DNA of 61,847 nucleotides, counting the filler. It is 5 parts of 5 records of this genome, joined end to end, with 100 filler letters (N's around TTAATTAATTAA, not from the genome) between each part and the next. Parts side by side here need not be neighbours in the genome. Positions count along the whole stretch, not along the records: positions 1 to 23,770 come from SRR2962707_1452; positions 23,871 to 37,227 come from SRR2962707_1453; 3 more parts are not named here. The stretch is one strand, 5' to 3'. Positions within the stretch are counted from its first letter, which is position 1. Each line of letters starts with the position of its first letter. The notes under the pieces are model-generated. The model made no database searches. It was given only the letters and a program-made list of their open reading frames with translations, and had not been told where the DNA came from. Both the position numbers and the translations under genes were made by a program. Positions 19,661 to 28,925 of this stretch are shown here, in pieces.

Positions 19661-20881
19661 TCAATCGGCCATCGTCTCCAGGCTGGCAAATCCGTCGGGA
19701 GCACCCTCGCCGCCAAACGGTGTTGTCACCTCAACGAAGTCGTCGGGATAGAAGCCGTTGAACCGGGTTCTCAGCGACAGTGAATAGGCCCCGATATGGC
19801 CGATTTCGATCCAGTCGCCGGTGTCCACCGTTTCCGGCAACCAGAAAGGCCGTGACAGGATGTCGACGGAATCGCACGTCGCCCCACACACCTTGAACGG
19901 GACCACATTTTCGGCCTTGCCCTTGCGGATGCGCCGCGCCGGGTCCGGGATGAAGCGCGCCGGCAGCGTGATCTTGCCGGTCCAGCTGTCCGACAGCGAG
20001 GCCCAGATGCCGTCATTGATGTAGAGCCTGCGGCCTTTGCGAAGCAGCACACGCACGACCAGCGAGAAGGCCCGCGCCACCACCACACGGCCCGGCTCGG
20101 CCACCAGCGGCATGTCATCAAAGCCCCATTCGGTGATGTTGGATCTCAGCTCGCCCATCAGGTCTTCAAGCGGCGGCATCGGCTTGGCCTTGCGGTTCGG
20201 ATCATGGCCATAAACCGCAGGAAAGCCGCCACCGACATCGAGCCCGACCAGCGGCACGCCCGCGCGGTTGCGCACCCAGTCGGCGGATTTGAGCGCCAGT
20301 TCATAGGATTCCGCCTCCTCGACCTGACTGCCGACGTGAAAGCACAGTCCCACCTTGAAGCCGATCTTATGGAGCCGCTGCACCAGCTCCACCGCATGGC
20401 CGGGTGCTGCGCCAAATTTCTTCGACAGCTCGTACATCGCGTGGCCCTTGGTCTGCAGCCGCACAAAAATGCTGATCGAGCCCGGATCGAGATCGAGCGC
20501 CCGGACAATCCTGAGCATCTTGGCAATCTCGTCTTCATGATCGAGCGACATCACCCGGATGCCGTATTTTTCCAGCGCCAGCCGAATGTCGGACTGGGCC
20601 TTGACCGGGTGCATATAGAGCATTTCGGCGTCCGGCGAGGCGGCGCGCACAGCTTCGAATTCGCCCGGCGAAGCCACATCAAAAATCTTCACGCCGGCTT
20701 CAACCAGCGTTTTCAGCACCATCGGTTCGCCATTGGTCTTCACCGCGTAGGCGGTTTCGCCGGGAAACAGCTTCATGAACTGAACCGCGTCCTGCTTCAG
20801 CACCTCGGGCCGGAAACAATAAAGCGGGTGGTCCGGTCTGAGCGTGAGTGCGGCGTCGGTACCGGTGGCGAATCGTTGCAT
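19661..20881 (-). CDS. Type III PLP-dependent ornithine/lysine/arginine decarboxylase family enzyme
   Basis: YAVK PLP lysine, FDVAS.GE, KFG, FHVGSQ, DVGGGFP, EPGR, GATCDSVD; GGAG RBS before ATG 20881. Confidence 0.92.
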   Translation of the reverse strand: MQRFATGTDAALTLRPDHPLYCFRPEVLKQDAVQFMKLFPGETAYAVKTNGEPMVLKTLVEAGVKIFDVASPGEFEAVRAASPDAEMLYMHPVKAQSDIRLALEKYGIRVMSLDHEDEIAKMLRIVRALDLDPGSISIFVRLQTKGHAMYELSKKFGAAPGHAVELVQRLHKIGFKVGLCFHVGSQVEEAESYELALKSADWVRNRAGVPLVGLDVGGGFPAVYGHDPNRKAKPMPPLEDLMGELRSNITEWGFDDMPLVAEPGRVVVARAFSLVVRVLLRKGRRLYINDGIWASLSDSWTGKITLPARFIPDPARRIRKGKAENVVPFKVCGATCDSVDILSRPFWLPETVDTGDWIEIGHIGAYSLSLRTRFNGFYPDDFVEVTTPFGGEGAPDGFASLETMAD

Positions 20882-21023
20882 TTGTGTCTCCAGAATGTTG
20901 CGCGACAGTATCAACAGGCCGGACAACCGGCAAATGACACTGTTTCCTGCCCCGGGCTGATTTCGGGTGGTGCGTGCGAAGCGCATATGGCAAGCAGCAG
21001 CAAGCTCTTCAAGGAACCCGACA

Positions 21024-21941
21024 ATGCCCGACACAGCCAACCGCTCCATGGATCTCGCAACCTGGGGCCTGCTCATCCTGCTTGGTTTGATTTGGGGCGG
21101 GTCGTTCTTTTTCGGTCGCGTCGCTGTCCAGCATGTGCCGCCGATGACGCTGGTGCTTTTCCGCGTCGGGCTCGCGGCCATCGCGCTGCATCTCGCCTTC
21201 GGCCGGCTGCCGGGCTTCTATCAGACACTGACAAGCCGCTGGCGCGAGCTGCTGGTCATGGGCCTGATCAACAATGCCATTCCCTTCACCCTGATCTTTC
21301 TCGGCCAGACCAAGATCGGCTCCGGCCTGGCCTCCATTCTCAACGCCACGACGCCGCTCTGGGCCGTTCTGGTGGCGCAGGTCTTCACCACCGACGAGAA
21401 GATCACCCCCGCCAAGCTGATTGGCTGCGCACTTGGGCTTGCAGGCATGGTGCTGCTCATCGGCCCGGCAGCGCTGGGCATCGCCGACAGCCCGCTCTGG
21501 GCCAAGCTGGCCGTGGTCGGTGCGGCAGTTTCCTACGGCTTCGCAGCCTCCTTCGGCAAACGCTTCAAGGGCGTGTCGCCACGCATCACAGCCACCGGCC
21601 AGTTGACGGCCTCCACGCTGATCATGTTGCCTCTGGCGCTGATCGTCGACCAACCCTGGGCACTCCCGATGCCGCCGCTCAACGTGATCGCTGCGATCCT
21701 GGCACTGGCACTGATCTCCACTGCCTTCGCCTATATCGTGTTCTTCCGTATCCTCAGCGTAGCCGGCGCCACTTCCGCATCGCTGGTCACCTTGCTGGTG
21801 CCGCCCGCCGCAATACTGCTTGGCATCCTGTTTCTGGGTGAAACCCTGTCGCTCACCGAAGCCCTCGGGCTTGGCCTGATTGCACTTGGCCTCTTGTCAC
21901 TGGACAACCGGCTCGGCATAAAACGTCTCGGAAAGGCCTGA
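21024..21941 (+). CDS. DMT/EamA family transporter
   Basis: About 10 TM; LIWGGSF, SGLASILNATTP, LFLGE; AAGGA RBS. Confidence 0.9.
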   Translation: MPDTANRSMDLATWGLLILLGLIWGGSFFFGRVAVQHVPPMTLVLFRVGLAAIALHLAFGRLPGFYQTLTSRWRELLVMGLINNAIPFTLIFLGQTKIGSGLASILNATTPLWAVLVAQVFTTDEKITPAKLIGCALGLAGMVLLIGPAALGIADSPLWAKLAVVGAAVSYGFAASFGKRFKGVSPRITATGQLTASTLIMLPLALIVDQPWALPMPPLNVIAAILALALISTAFAYIVFFRILSVAGATSASLVTLLVPPAAILLGILFLGETLSLTEALGLGLIALGLLSLDNRLGIKRLGKA

Positions 21942-21968
21942 TCGCCTTACGAGTTCTGGAGGGGCAAG

Positions 21969-23234
21969 ATGGACAACAACCGCATGATGAGCCTGGCCGC
22001 ACTGGTCAAGGCGCGCGACGCTGGCAAAGCCAATCCCGAGCTGATGATCGCACTGTGCCGCGATGCCATCGCCCGCAAGGATGACCGCATCAAGGCGTTC
22101 GCCCATGTGGCAGAACAACCATCCATCCAGACCGGCGCCCCGCTCGCGGGCGTTGCCATCGGGATCAAGGACATCATCGACACCTTCGACCAGCCGACAG
22201 GATACGGCTCAGCCGCCTACGAAGGCTACCAACCGCGCATCGATGCGGCAATCGTCGATCTGGCGCGCAGACAGGGCGCGACGATCATCGGCAAGACCAC
22301 GACCACCGAATTCGCTTTCTTCAAACCGGCGCAAACCGTCAATCCGCACAATCCTGCCCATACGCCCGGTGGCTCGTCATCCGGATCGGCTGCCGCGGTC
22401 GCCGCGGGAATGATCCCCGCCGCCATCGGCACCCAGACCGGTGGCTCCGTGGTGCGACCGGCTGCCTTTTGCGGCGTCACCGGCTACAAGCCAAGTTTCC
22501 GGCTGCTGCCGACGACGGGCATGAAACATTTCTCTCCCTCTCTGGATACGATGGGCCTGTTTGCCGCCGGCGTCGAGGATGTGGCCCTGCTCGCGGCCTT
22601 GTTGACCGGCCGTGATCTTGCTCTGCTTGCCGGTGAGCCCCCTGTCGATCCGGCCACTATCCGTGTCGGGCTGTATCGCTGCGCGCAACTCGAGGGAGCA
22701 GATCCAGCCATGCGTGTGGCACTCAGCAAGGCAGTCGATCTGGCAGCCAATGCCGGTTTTGATGTTGGCGAGATTGGCGAACCCGAAGCCTTGGCGCACG
22801 CCCGTGATTCCCACAAGACCATTCAGGATTATGAGGCGGGCCTTGCTTGCGGCCCGGATCTGGCCCGTTACCGGGAACTCTTGAGCCCGGTCCTCAAACA
22901 AACCGTCGATCGCGGACAGGCGATTTCGCCGTCGGACTATGACGCGGCCCGCAGGCGCGCCAAACATGGACGAAACGCCACCAGCGCCCTGTTCAGAGAA
23001 GTCGACATCCTGCTCACCCCCTCAGCACTCGGCGCCGCACCGCTTGGGCTGGAAACCACCGGCGATCCCCGCTTCAACAAGCTCTGGACGCTGATGGGGA
23101 CCCCAACGATCAACATCCCCGGCTTGAAAGATGACGCAGGCATGCCGCTCGGCATCCAGGCTGTTGCCCGTTTTGGGCAGGACAAGCGGCTGCTTACGGT
23201 CGCCGCAATGCTGGAAACCGCATTCCGGACTTGA
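21969..23234 (+). CDS. Amidase signature family protein
   Basis: IKD, GKTTTTEFA, TPGGSSSGSAAAVAAG, GTQTGGSV.RPAAFCG..GYKP. Confidence 0.93.
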   Translation: MDNNRMMSLAALVKARDAGKANPELMIALCRDAIARKDDRIKAFAHVAEQPSIQTGAPLAGVAIGIKDIIDTFDQPTGYGSAAYEGYQPRIDAAIVDLARRQGATIIGKTTTTEFAFFKPAQTVNPHNPAHTPGGSSSGSAAAVAAGMIPAAIGTQTGGSVVRPAAFCGVTGYKPSFRLLPTTGMKHFSPSLDTMGLFAAGVEDVALLAALLTGRDLALLAGEPPVDPATIRVGLYRCAQLEGADPAMRVALSKAVDLAANAGFDVGEIGEPEALAHARDSHKTIQDYEAGLACGPDLARYRELLSPVLKQTVDRGQAISPSDYDAARRRAKHGRNATSALFREVDILLTPSALGAAPLGLETTGDPRFNKLWTLMGTPTINIPGLKDDAGMPLGIQAVARFGQDKRLLTVAAMLETAFRT

Positions 23235-23581
23235 TTCCGGCCCGCCTGCCGTTTTCCGCATACCATTTTCTCAATGGTAACAAAGTTTTAGTGCCTATCA
23301 TCAGCTGCGGGAGACCGATGGCCGGAGTAGGGTTTTGTTAACATCTGTGGCGGAAATGCGGCAAGGTAAGAAGGTTGCAGCCTGCATTTATACCCGTTTA
23401 AATGGTGTATTACAGTTTCTTAACAGAATATGAATCGTCTGATTAGTGCGTATTTTCAAAACGATAATCGACCGTCAGAGATGATTATGCCCGGTTTTAG
23501 CTGCACTGCAGCAACGATTTTGCTTTTCACAAAGCCGAAGCATTGGGTATCATCCGAACATCAACGCGATGGAGGACCACC

Positions 23582-23659
23582 ATGGGATTTACGCAGTCGC
23601 TCAATGCCTTTGTGATCTGTGCAGCGTTCGTATTCATTGGAGCAATGCTCTTTATCTAG
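23582..23659 (+). CDS. Putative 25-aa single-TM small protein (MGFTQSLNAFVICAAFVFIGAMLFI)
   Basis: GGAGG RBS 6 nt before ATG, hydrophobic product, followed by a terminator; absent from the ORF track because of size. Confidence 0.65.
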   Translation: MGFTQSLNAFVICAAFVFIGAMLFI

Positions 23660-23682
23660 AAATAAAGCGCATTGAATGAAAC

Positions 23683-23717
23683 AAAAACGGGAGCGTTTCG
23701 GCGCTCCCGTTTCTTTT
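23683..23717. terminator. Rho-independent terminator (possibly bidirectional)
   Basis: AAACGGGAGCG-tttcgg-CGCTCCCGTTT with flanking A and T tracts. Confidence 0.85.
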
Positions 23718-23770
23718 GTCAGCCTGTCTGTACCATCCAGTGCGGCAGAATGCGTCTAATTAATCGAACG

Positions 23771-23870
23771 NNNNNNNNNNNNNNNNNNNNNNNNNNNNNN
23801 NNNNNNNNNNNNNNTTAATTAATTAANNNNNNNNNNNNNNNNNNNNNNNNNNNNNNNNNNNNNNNNNNNN
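23771..23870. other. Artificial contig linker
   Basis: N44-TTAATTAATTAA-N44 (stops in all six frames). Confidence 0.98.
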
Positions 23871-24419
23871 CGCCGAGACCATGACATTGTTGACGTCGAG
23901 CAGCAGGCCGCAGCCGGTGCGCTGGGCAATGGCGGCGAGAAAATCAACCTCGTCGATCGTGCTTTCGGCAAACAACACATAGGTGGACGGGTTTTCGAGC
24001 AGCATGCGGCGGCCAAGCACCTGCTGCACCTGATCGATATGGGCGACGACAGTATCGAGCGTGGTCTGGGTATAGGGCAGCGGCAGCAGATCGTTGAGCG
24101 CGCTTTCGTCATGGGAAGACCAGGCGAGATGCTCGGAAAAGGATTGCGGCTGATAGCGATCAATCAGCGCCCGCAGGCGCGTGAGATGAGCGGTATCGAG
24201 CGGGCCTTCACCACCGATCGAGAGACCAACACCATGCAGTGAGATGGCGTAGCGTTCGGCTATGGCAGTCAGATAGCGGTGTGGCGGGCCACCATCGCCC
24301 ATATAGTTTTCGGCATGGACTTCAAAGAAGCCGATATCGGGCGCGGTTTCGATGATCTGGGCATAGTGCTGCGGCTTGAGGCCAAGACCGGCGCGCGCGG
24401 GCAGATGATTGGCGGGCAT
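23871..24419 (-). CDS. bufB: DUF692 multinuclear non-heme iron-dependent oxidase (MNIO, BufB-like), 3'-truncated at contig end
   Basis: [54 protein letters not shown]. Confidence 0.92.
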
Positions 24420-24486
24420 GGTGATCTCCCTGAGACTGGATCCGGAGACCCGATGAACGGATCTCCGGGATAGGGTCGTGGACCGA

Positions 24487-24777
24487 TCAGGTCATTGGCA
24501 CGTCGCGCTCAAGGGCTTCGAGCGAACCCATGCGGTCGCCGTCGATTTCCATCGACACGCAGGTGCCGGCAGGAACGGCCTTCCAGGCATTACCCTGGTA
24601 GTCGACAGTGGAGGTGCCAGCACAGGTGGTGCCGGGGCCGGCAGCGCAATCGTTCTGGCCTGCCATGGCAACGCCGTAGCATTTCTCGGTGTCCTGAGCC
24701 AAAGCGGCGGGTGCGGACATGCCGGCTGCGGCGGTGAGCAGGGTTGCGGCCAGGGCCAGCGAAGACATGCGATTCAT
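24487..24777 (-). CDS. bufA1: DUF2282 bufferin-type precursor (BufA1-like), signal peptide plus 4-Cys core
   Basis: [14 protein letters not shown]...CAG.S..D.QG..W..VP.GTC; AGGAG RBS; directly upstream of DUF692. Confidence 0.9.
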   Translation of the reverse strand: MNRMSSLALAATLLTAAAGMSAPAALAQDTEKCYGVAMAGQNDCAAGPGTTCAGTSTVDYQGNAWKAVPAGTCVSMEIDGDRMGSLEALERDVPMT

Positions 24778-24825
24778 GATGGATCTCCTTCCAAAAAGGA
24801 ACCCGTTCGGTTCCATGCCCAGTCA

Positions 24826-24851
24826 TTCGGCGGAAGGGTCCATCCGGTTAC
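24826..24851 (-). promoter_or_regulatory. ECF sigmaF-type promoter GTAACC-N16-CGAA of the bufferin operon
   Basis: Minus strand GTAACC ggatggacccttccgc CGAA matches the Caulobacter sigmaF consensus; palindrome ATCACGG-CA-CCGTGAT (24855-24870) next to it. Confidence 0.8.
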
Positions 24852-24898
24852 GCGATCACGGCACCGTGATTGTCTTTTTTATATTCTGGCGCTGCCCG

Positions 24899-25522
24899 CT
24901 AGCGCGACAGCCAGAGCTGATGGCGCAAAAAGCGTTCCGACACCAGCAGCAGGGCGATGCCGGCGGCGCTGGGATCAAGCGCGCCACCGGCCAGCTTGGA
25001 GAAGAGCAGGGTTGGCAGGGTGATGATCTTGCCCTGCCCCAAAAGGAAAGTAAGCAGAAACAGATTGGTCGAGACCAGGAAGGTGAACAGGCTGCCGGCG
25101 ATGACGCCGGGCAGCAGCATGGGCAGCGTCACCTGCCAAAGGGTCTGGCGTGGACTGGCGCCCAGGATGCGGGCCTGCTCTTCACAGTCAGGAGCGAGCC
25201 CCTGATAGACCGCGGTCAGCAGCCGAAATCACCCAGATTGAGCGCCGCGCGCGGATCGGCGGCATCGAACTCGAAATTGACGGCATTGGGGATGGCCTGG
25301 GCAAATGAGCCGAGCAGCAGGTCTTGCTGCTTGAGCGTGAAGAAGTTTTCGCCATTGAGCCAAATGGCATCGACGCTTCCCTGACCAACGCCACGGCCAG
25401 CAGCCGCCTCGGTGATCACCAGATCAACTGCGTCGTTGCTGCCGGTGATGCGGTTGGCGACGAGCGTCACGCCCAGATCAGCCAAACGATTTGGCGAGGC
25501 CGCTTAGCCGCACATCAGCCAT
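24899..25522 (-). pseudogene. Collapsed ABC transporter operon remnant: ATPase N-terminus, internal YnjB-like binding-protein fragment and permease C-terminus
   Basis: MADVRLSGLAKSFG* (25522-25478, GGAG RBS); GSVDAIWLNGENF fragment (25485-25216); EEQARILGASP..LWQVTLPM EAA motif (about 25222-24899); pieces are in different frames. Confidence 0.8.
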
Positions 25523-25546
25523 GGACAGCTCCGCGACATAGCGCGC

Positions 25547-26158
25547 TCACTTGGCGTCAAAGCTGGTCCAGCCCCACCACCAGCGAATTGCCGTGGTCAG
25601 AAAGGCCAGAGCGGCAAAGGCGATGGCGGCAATTGGAAACAGCGCTGGAAACAGGCAGATCAGCACGAACAGGGCGATGGTCTCGGCCCCTTCGGTGATG
25701 CCGCCGAGATAATAGATGCCCTTTTTGGGCATGGCGAGCGCGGTCATGCCGCGTTGCTTGGCAATCACGGCAAAGGCCAGAAAGCTTGAGCTGGTGCCAA
25801 TAAACGAGAACAGCAGCAAGGCCCCCGCAACTCCATTGGCAGCAGGATCGGCCAGCACAAAGGCAAACGGGATCGAGGCATAAAAGAAGAAATCGAGCGC
25901 GATATCGAGAAAGGCGCCACGATCGGTGGGTCCGGCCTGCCGGGCCACCGCGCCATCCAGCCCGTCCAGGACACGGTTGATGGCGATCAATAGCAGGGCA
26001 AGCCAGAAATTGCCCAGAGCAATGGCGGGGAGCGCGCCCAGTCCGATGACGAAACCGGTCAATGTCAGGGCGTTGGCACTGACGCCGAGGCCGAGCAGCC
26101 AGCGCGCCGGATGGCGCAAGACCCGCTCCTGTGGCGGGATAAGATAGCTGTCGATCAT
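25547..26158 (-). CDS. CDP-alcohol phosphatidyltransferase family protein (YnjF-like)
   Basis: SANALT, DGLDGAVAR...TDRGAFLDI.LD, GGITEGAET. Confidence 0.9.
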   Translation of the reverse strand: MIDSYLIPPQERVLRHPARWLLGLGVSANALTLTGFVIGLGALPAIALGNFWLALLLIAINRVLDGLDGAVARQAGPTDRGAFLDIALDFFFYASIPFAFVLADPAANGVAGALLLFSFIGTSSSFLAFAVIAKQRGMTALAMPKKGIYYLGGITEGAETIALFVLICLFPALFPIAAIAFAALAFLTTAIRWWWGWTSFDAK

Positions 26159-26208
26159 GAGCTTAGCCCGCGCGGGTTGGTGTGAGGTCTGCAGGTTCTT
26201 ACGGCTTG

Positions 26209-26234
26209 GTCGCGCCAGCAGACCAAATGTTACA
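26209..26234 (-). promoter_or_regulatory. Candidate ECF promoter TGTAAC-N16-CGAC upstream of the YnjF-like gene
   Basis: Motif read directly about 50 nt upstream of the ATG. Confidence 0.5.
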
Positions 26235-26341
26235 TTCAGCATGCACTTTCCTTGCAGCGCCATATGACACAATCTCGCGAAGACAGGCGCTTATGCCCGG
26301 CTTTGCTGCTAGTGACGCAGTAGCGTCGAGGGGGAACATGG

Positions 26342-26965
26342 ATGGCAGCGAGCGGCACGACAGACGAGACAGCACTGATTGCAGCGCTCAGGCGCGGCGA
26401 TGAGGCAGCCTTTCGTCAACTCGTTGCGCGCCAGCAGCCCTCCATGCTCGCCTTTGCCCGCAGCTTCCTGCGCGACCGGGCCGCGGCCGAAGAGGCCGTG
26501 CAGGATAGCTGGCTGGCACTGATCGCGGGCATCAGCGAGTTCGAGGGACGCTCAACGCTCAAGACGTGGAGCTTTTCGGTACTCGCCAATATTGCGCGCA
26601 GCAAGGCTCGCCGCGAGGGGCGTACCGTCTCCTTCACCGATATGGGCTATAATGACCCCGGCGTGGATGCCGACCGATTTTCCGGTGACGGCACCTGGCT
26701 ATCGCCGCCGGGCCAATGGTCCGAGATCGATCCCGAGCGCATTGTTGGTGGCAGACAGACACTGGAACATGCATTGGCGGCCGTGGATGCGCTGCCCGAC
26801 AATCAACGCGCCGTGGTCACCCTGCGCGACATTGAAGGGTTGAGTGCGACCGAGACCTGTTCGGTGCTCGACATCACCGACGCCAATCAACGCATTCTTT
26901 TGCATCGCGGGCGTACGCGCGTGCGGGCCGCGCTCGAACAGGTGCTGTCGCCACCCCCTGCCTGA
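26342..26965 (+). CDS. ECF RNA polymerase sigma factor
   Basis: GDEAAF, AEEAVQDSW, FEGRSTLKTW, LP..QRAVVTLRDIEG, RILLHRGR. Confidence 0.93.
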   Translation: MAASGTTDETALIAALRRGDEAAFRQLVARQQPSMLAFARSFLRDRAAAEEAVQDSWLALIAGISEFEGRSTLKTWSFSVLANIARSKARREGRTVSFTDMGYNDPGVDADRFSGDGTWLSPPGQWSEIDPERIVGGRQTLEHALAAVDALPDNQRAVVTLRDIEGLSATETCSVLDITDANQRILLHRGRTRVRAALEQVLSPPPA

Positions 26966-26972
26966 GATTGTT

Positions 26973-27000
26973 TGTAACAATGCCGCGCTCCGACGCACTC
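26973..27000 (+). promoter_or_regulatory. Candidate ECF promoter (TGTAAC -35) upstream of the anti-sigma operon
   Basis: TGTAACA just after the sigma stop codon; -10 element uncertain. Confidence 0.4.
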
Positions 27001-27051
27001 AGCTAGAGACGGCGCTTGCCAATGCCGGGTACGCGCTCCCAGGAGACCATC

Positions 27052-27306
27052 ATGCTCACTTGCCGCGAGCTCAATGAGAGAGCCACCGATTATCTGGAAG
27101 GTCAGATGAGCCTGCGCCAGCGCGCCGGGTTCAAGCTGCATCTGCTGATGTGCAGCAAATGCGGCACCTATGTTGATCAACTGGCCAAGACCATTGCACT
27201 GCTGCGCGTCGGCAGGCCGGCGCAGGATGAGGCCGCCCCTGATGACAAATTGATCGAAGCCTTCCGCGCCACCGCGGCCAATAGCGAGAAGCCCAATGCC
27301 CGATAA
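27052..27306 (+). CDS. zf-HC2 zinc-binding anti-sigma factor (small, soluble)
   Basis: MLTCRE...DYLEG...HLLMCSKC (HxxxCxxC); AGGAG RBS. Confidence 0.9.
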   Translation: MLTCRELNERATDYLEGQMSLRQRAGFKLHLLMCSKCGTYVDQLAKTIALLRVGRPAQDEAAPDDKLIEAFRATAANSEKPNAR

Positions 27307-28117
27307 TGGTCTGTTCCTGCCCGAGCCGATCATTCGCTTCGGCTCCTTCCTGCTGATTTTTGGCACGCTAGCGATCATTGAACTACTGCACCCGCGTCTG
27401 GAGCGGCCCGAGATGCAGGCTGCGCTCAAGACCCGTCGCTGGCTCACCAATGTGGGTATGCTGATCCTGTCCTCAGTGGTGCTGCGCATCATCTTCCCCG
27501 CCGCCGCGGTCGGTAGCGCACTATGGGCCGAAAGCCAGGGTATTGGTCTGTTCAACCAGTTCGGCGTGCCGGTCTGGGTTGCGGCGCTGGTGTCGATCAT
27601 CGTGCTCGATTTCGCCGTGTGGCTGGAGCATCTGCTCAGCCACAAGATTCCGCTGCTCTGGCGCATCCATCGCATGCACCATGCCGATACCGGTTTTGAT
27701 CTGACCACCGCCCTGCGCTTTCACCCGCTCGAGATCGTCATCTCGATGTTCTGGAAGGTCGGCATCGTGCTGGCGCTGGGTGCGCCAGCCTGGTCGGTGC
27801 TGGTGTTCGAGGTGATCCTGAACGGCACCGCCATGTTCAATCACGCCAATATTGCCCTGCCCAAACCCATCGACCGGCTGGTCCGACTGGTCCTGGTGAC
27901 GCCTGACATGCATCGGGTGCACCACTCAACAATCCGGCAGGAAACCGACAGCAATTACGGCTTCAGCCTGTCGATATGGGATCGCCTGTTCGCCACCTAT
28001 ACCGATCAGCCCGCCAAGGGGCACCTCGATATGGATATCGGGCTTGCCGCCTATCGCGACCAACAACAGCCCAGCGGGCTCAAATGGTCCCTGCTGCTGC
28101 CGTTCAGAAAGAACTGA
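27296..28117 (+). CDS. Sterol desaturase/fatty acid hydroxylase superfamily protein
   Basis: His boxes HLLSH, HRMHH, FHP, NH.N, HRVHH, DSNYG. Confidence 0.92.
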   Translation: MPDNGLFLPEPIIRFGSFLLIFGTLAIIELLHPRLERPEMQAALKTRRWLTNVGMLILSSVVLRIIFPAAAVGSALWAESQGIGLFNQFGVPVWVAALVSIIVLDFAVWLEHLLSHKIPLLWRIHRMHHADTGFDLTTALRFHPLEIVISMFWKVGIVLALGAPAWSVLVFEVILNGTAMFNHANIALPKPIDRLVRLVLVTPDMHRVHHSTIRQETDSNYGFSLSIWDRLFATYTDQPAKGHLDMDIGLAAYRDQQQPSGLKWSLLLPFRKN

Positions 28118-28122
28118 TACCC

Positions 28123-28887
28123 ATGAATGACCCCGTCCCTGCGGCCGATGCTGCCTCCAAAGGCACAGCATCGCGCGGCCTGAGCCGCTTTGTGCCTATC
28201 GCCATTCTACTCGGCGTGCTGATTACCGGCCTGCTGCTGGGCTGGCAGCGCTATTTTACGCTCGATTACCTTGCCGAGGCGCGCGAGGGTATCAAGGCGT
28301 TTGCGAGCCAGAATGGGCTACTGGCAGCGCTGATCTATGTGCTGGGCTATGCCGTCGCGACAGCCGTGGCTTTCCCCGCCGCCTGGTTACTCACGGTTGC
28401 CGGAGGCTTCGTCTATGGTGCGTTTCTGGGCGGCACGCTGGCAGCAATAGGCGCCACCATCGGCGCGTCAGTGCTGTTCTGGGCCGCCAAGACCGCCTTT
28501 GGCGACAGCCTGCGGCAGCGCGTGGGCGGTTTCGTCGACCGTGCAGCCAAAGGCTTTGAGAACAATGCCTTCAGCTACATGCTGGCGCTGCGACTGGCGC
28601 CGGTCTTTCCGTTCGCCGTGGTCAACGTCCTGCCTGCTTTGCTCAAGGTGCCCTTCAGCACCTATTTCATCGCCACGCTGATCGGCATTCTGCCCGGTGC
28701 TCTGGTCTATGCTTCGATTGGGCAGGGACTGGAAACGGTGCTGATCGAGGTCGCTGAAAGCGGTCGCGATGTCAGCATTGGCGATCTGATCACGCCCGGC
28801 CTGTCGCTGGGCCTGTTGGGCCTGGCGCTGCTGGCTATTGCCCCGCCCATCTTCAAGCTGCTGCGCTCCCGCTGGCTCAAAGCGTAG
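28123..28887 (+). CDS. TVP38/TMEM64 (DedA/VTT domain) membrane protein
   Basis: FPAAWLLTVAGG..YG, LRLAPVFPF.VVN, TLIGILPG. Confidence 0.88.
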   Translation: MNDPVPAADAASKGTASRGLSRFVPIAILLGVLITGLLLGWQRYFTLDYLAEAREGIKAFASQNGLLAALIYVLGYAVATAVAFPAAWLLTVAGGFVYGAFLGGTLAAIGATIGASVLFWAAKTAFGDSLRQRVGGFVDRAAKGFENNAFSYMLALRLAPVFPFAVVNVLPALLKVPFSTYFIATLIGILPGALVYASIGQGLETVLIEVAESGRDVSIGDLITPGLSLGLLGLALLAIAPPIFKLLRSRWLKA

Positions 28888-28925
28888 CCCGCTCATTTCG
28901 ATTTGCCCAAAGCGAGACCAACATC

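Noticed and set aside
20204-21841. Long alternative-frame ORFs (also 2974-4191, 13438-14379, 28893-30179, 30200-31069)
   Set aside because: Shadow ORFs overlapping well-supported genes in GC-rich DNA; no recognisable motifs
23430-23615. 61-aa ORF from the track
   Set aside because: No RBS or coding signal; overlaps the better-supported 25-aa ORF in another frame
23815-23826. TTAATTAATTAA palindrome (also at 37272, 50567, 56359) as a biological repeat
   Set aside because: Always flanked by exactly 44 N on each side; a synthetic six-frame stop linker
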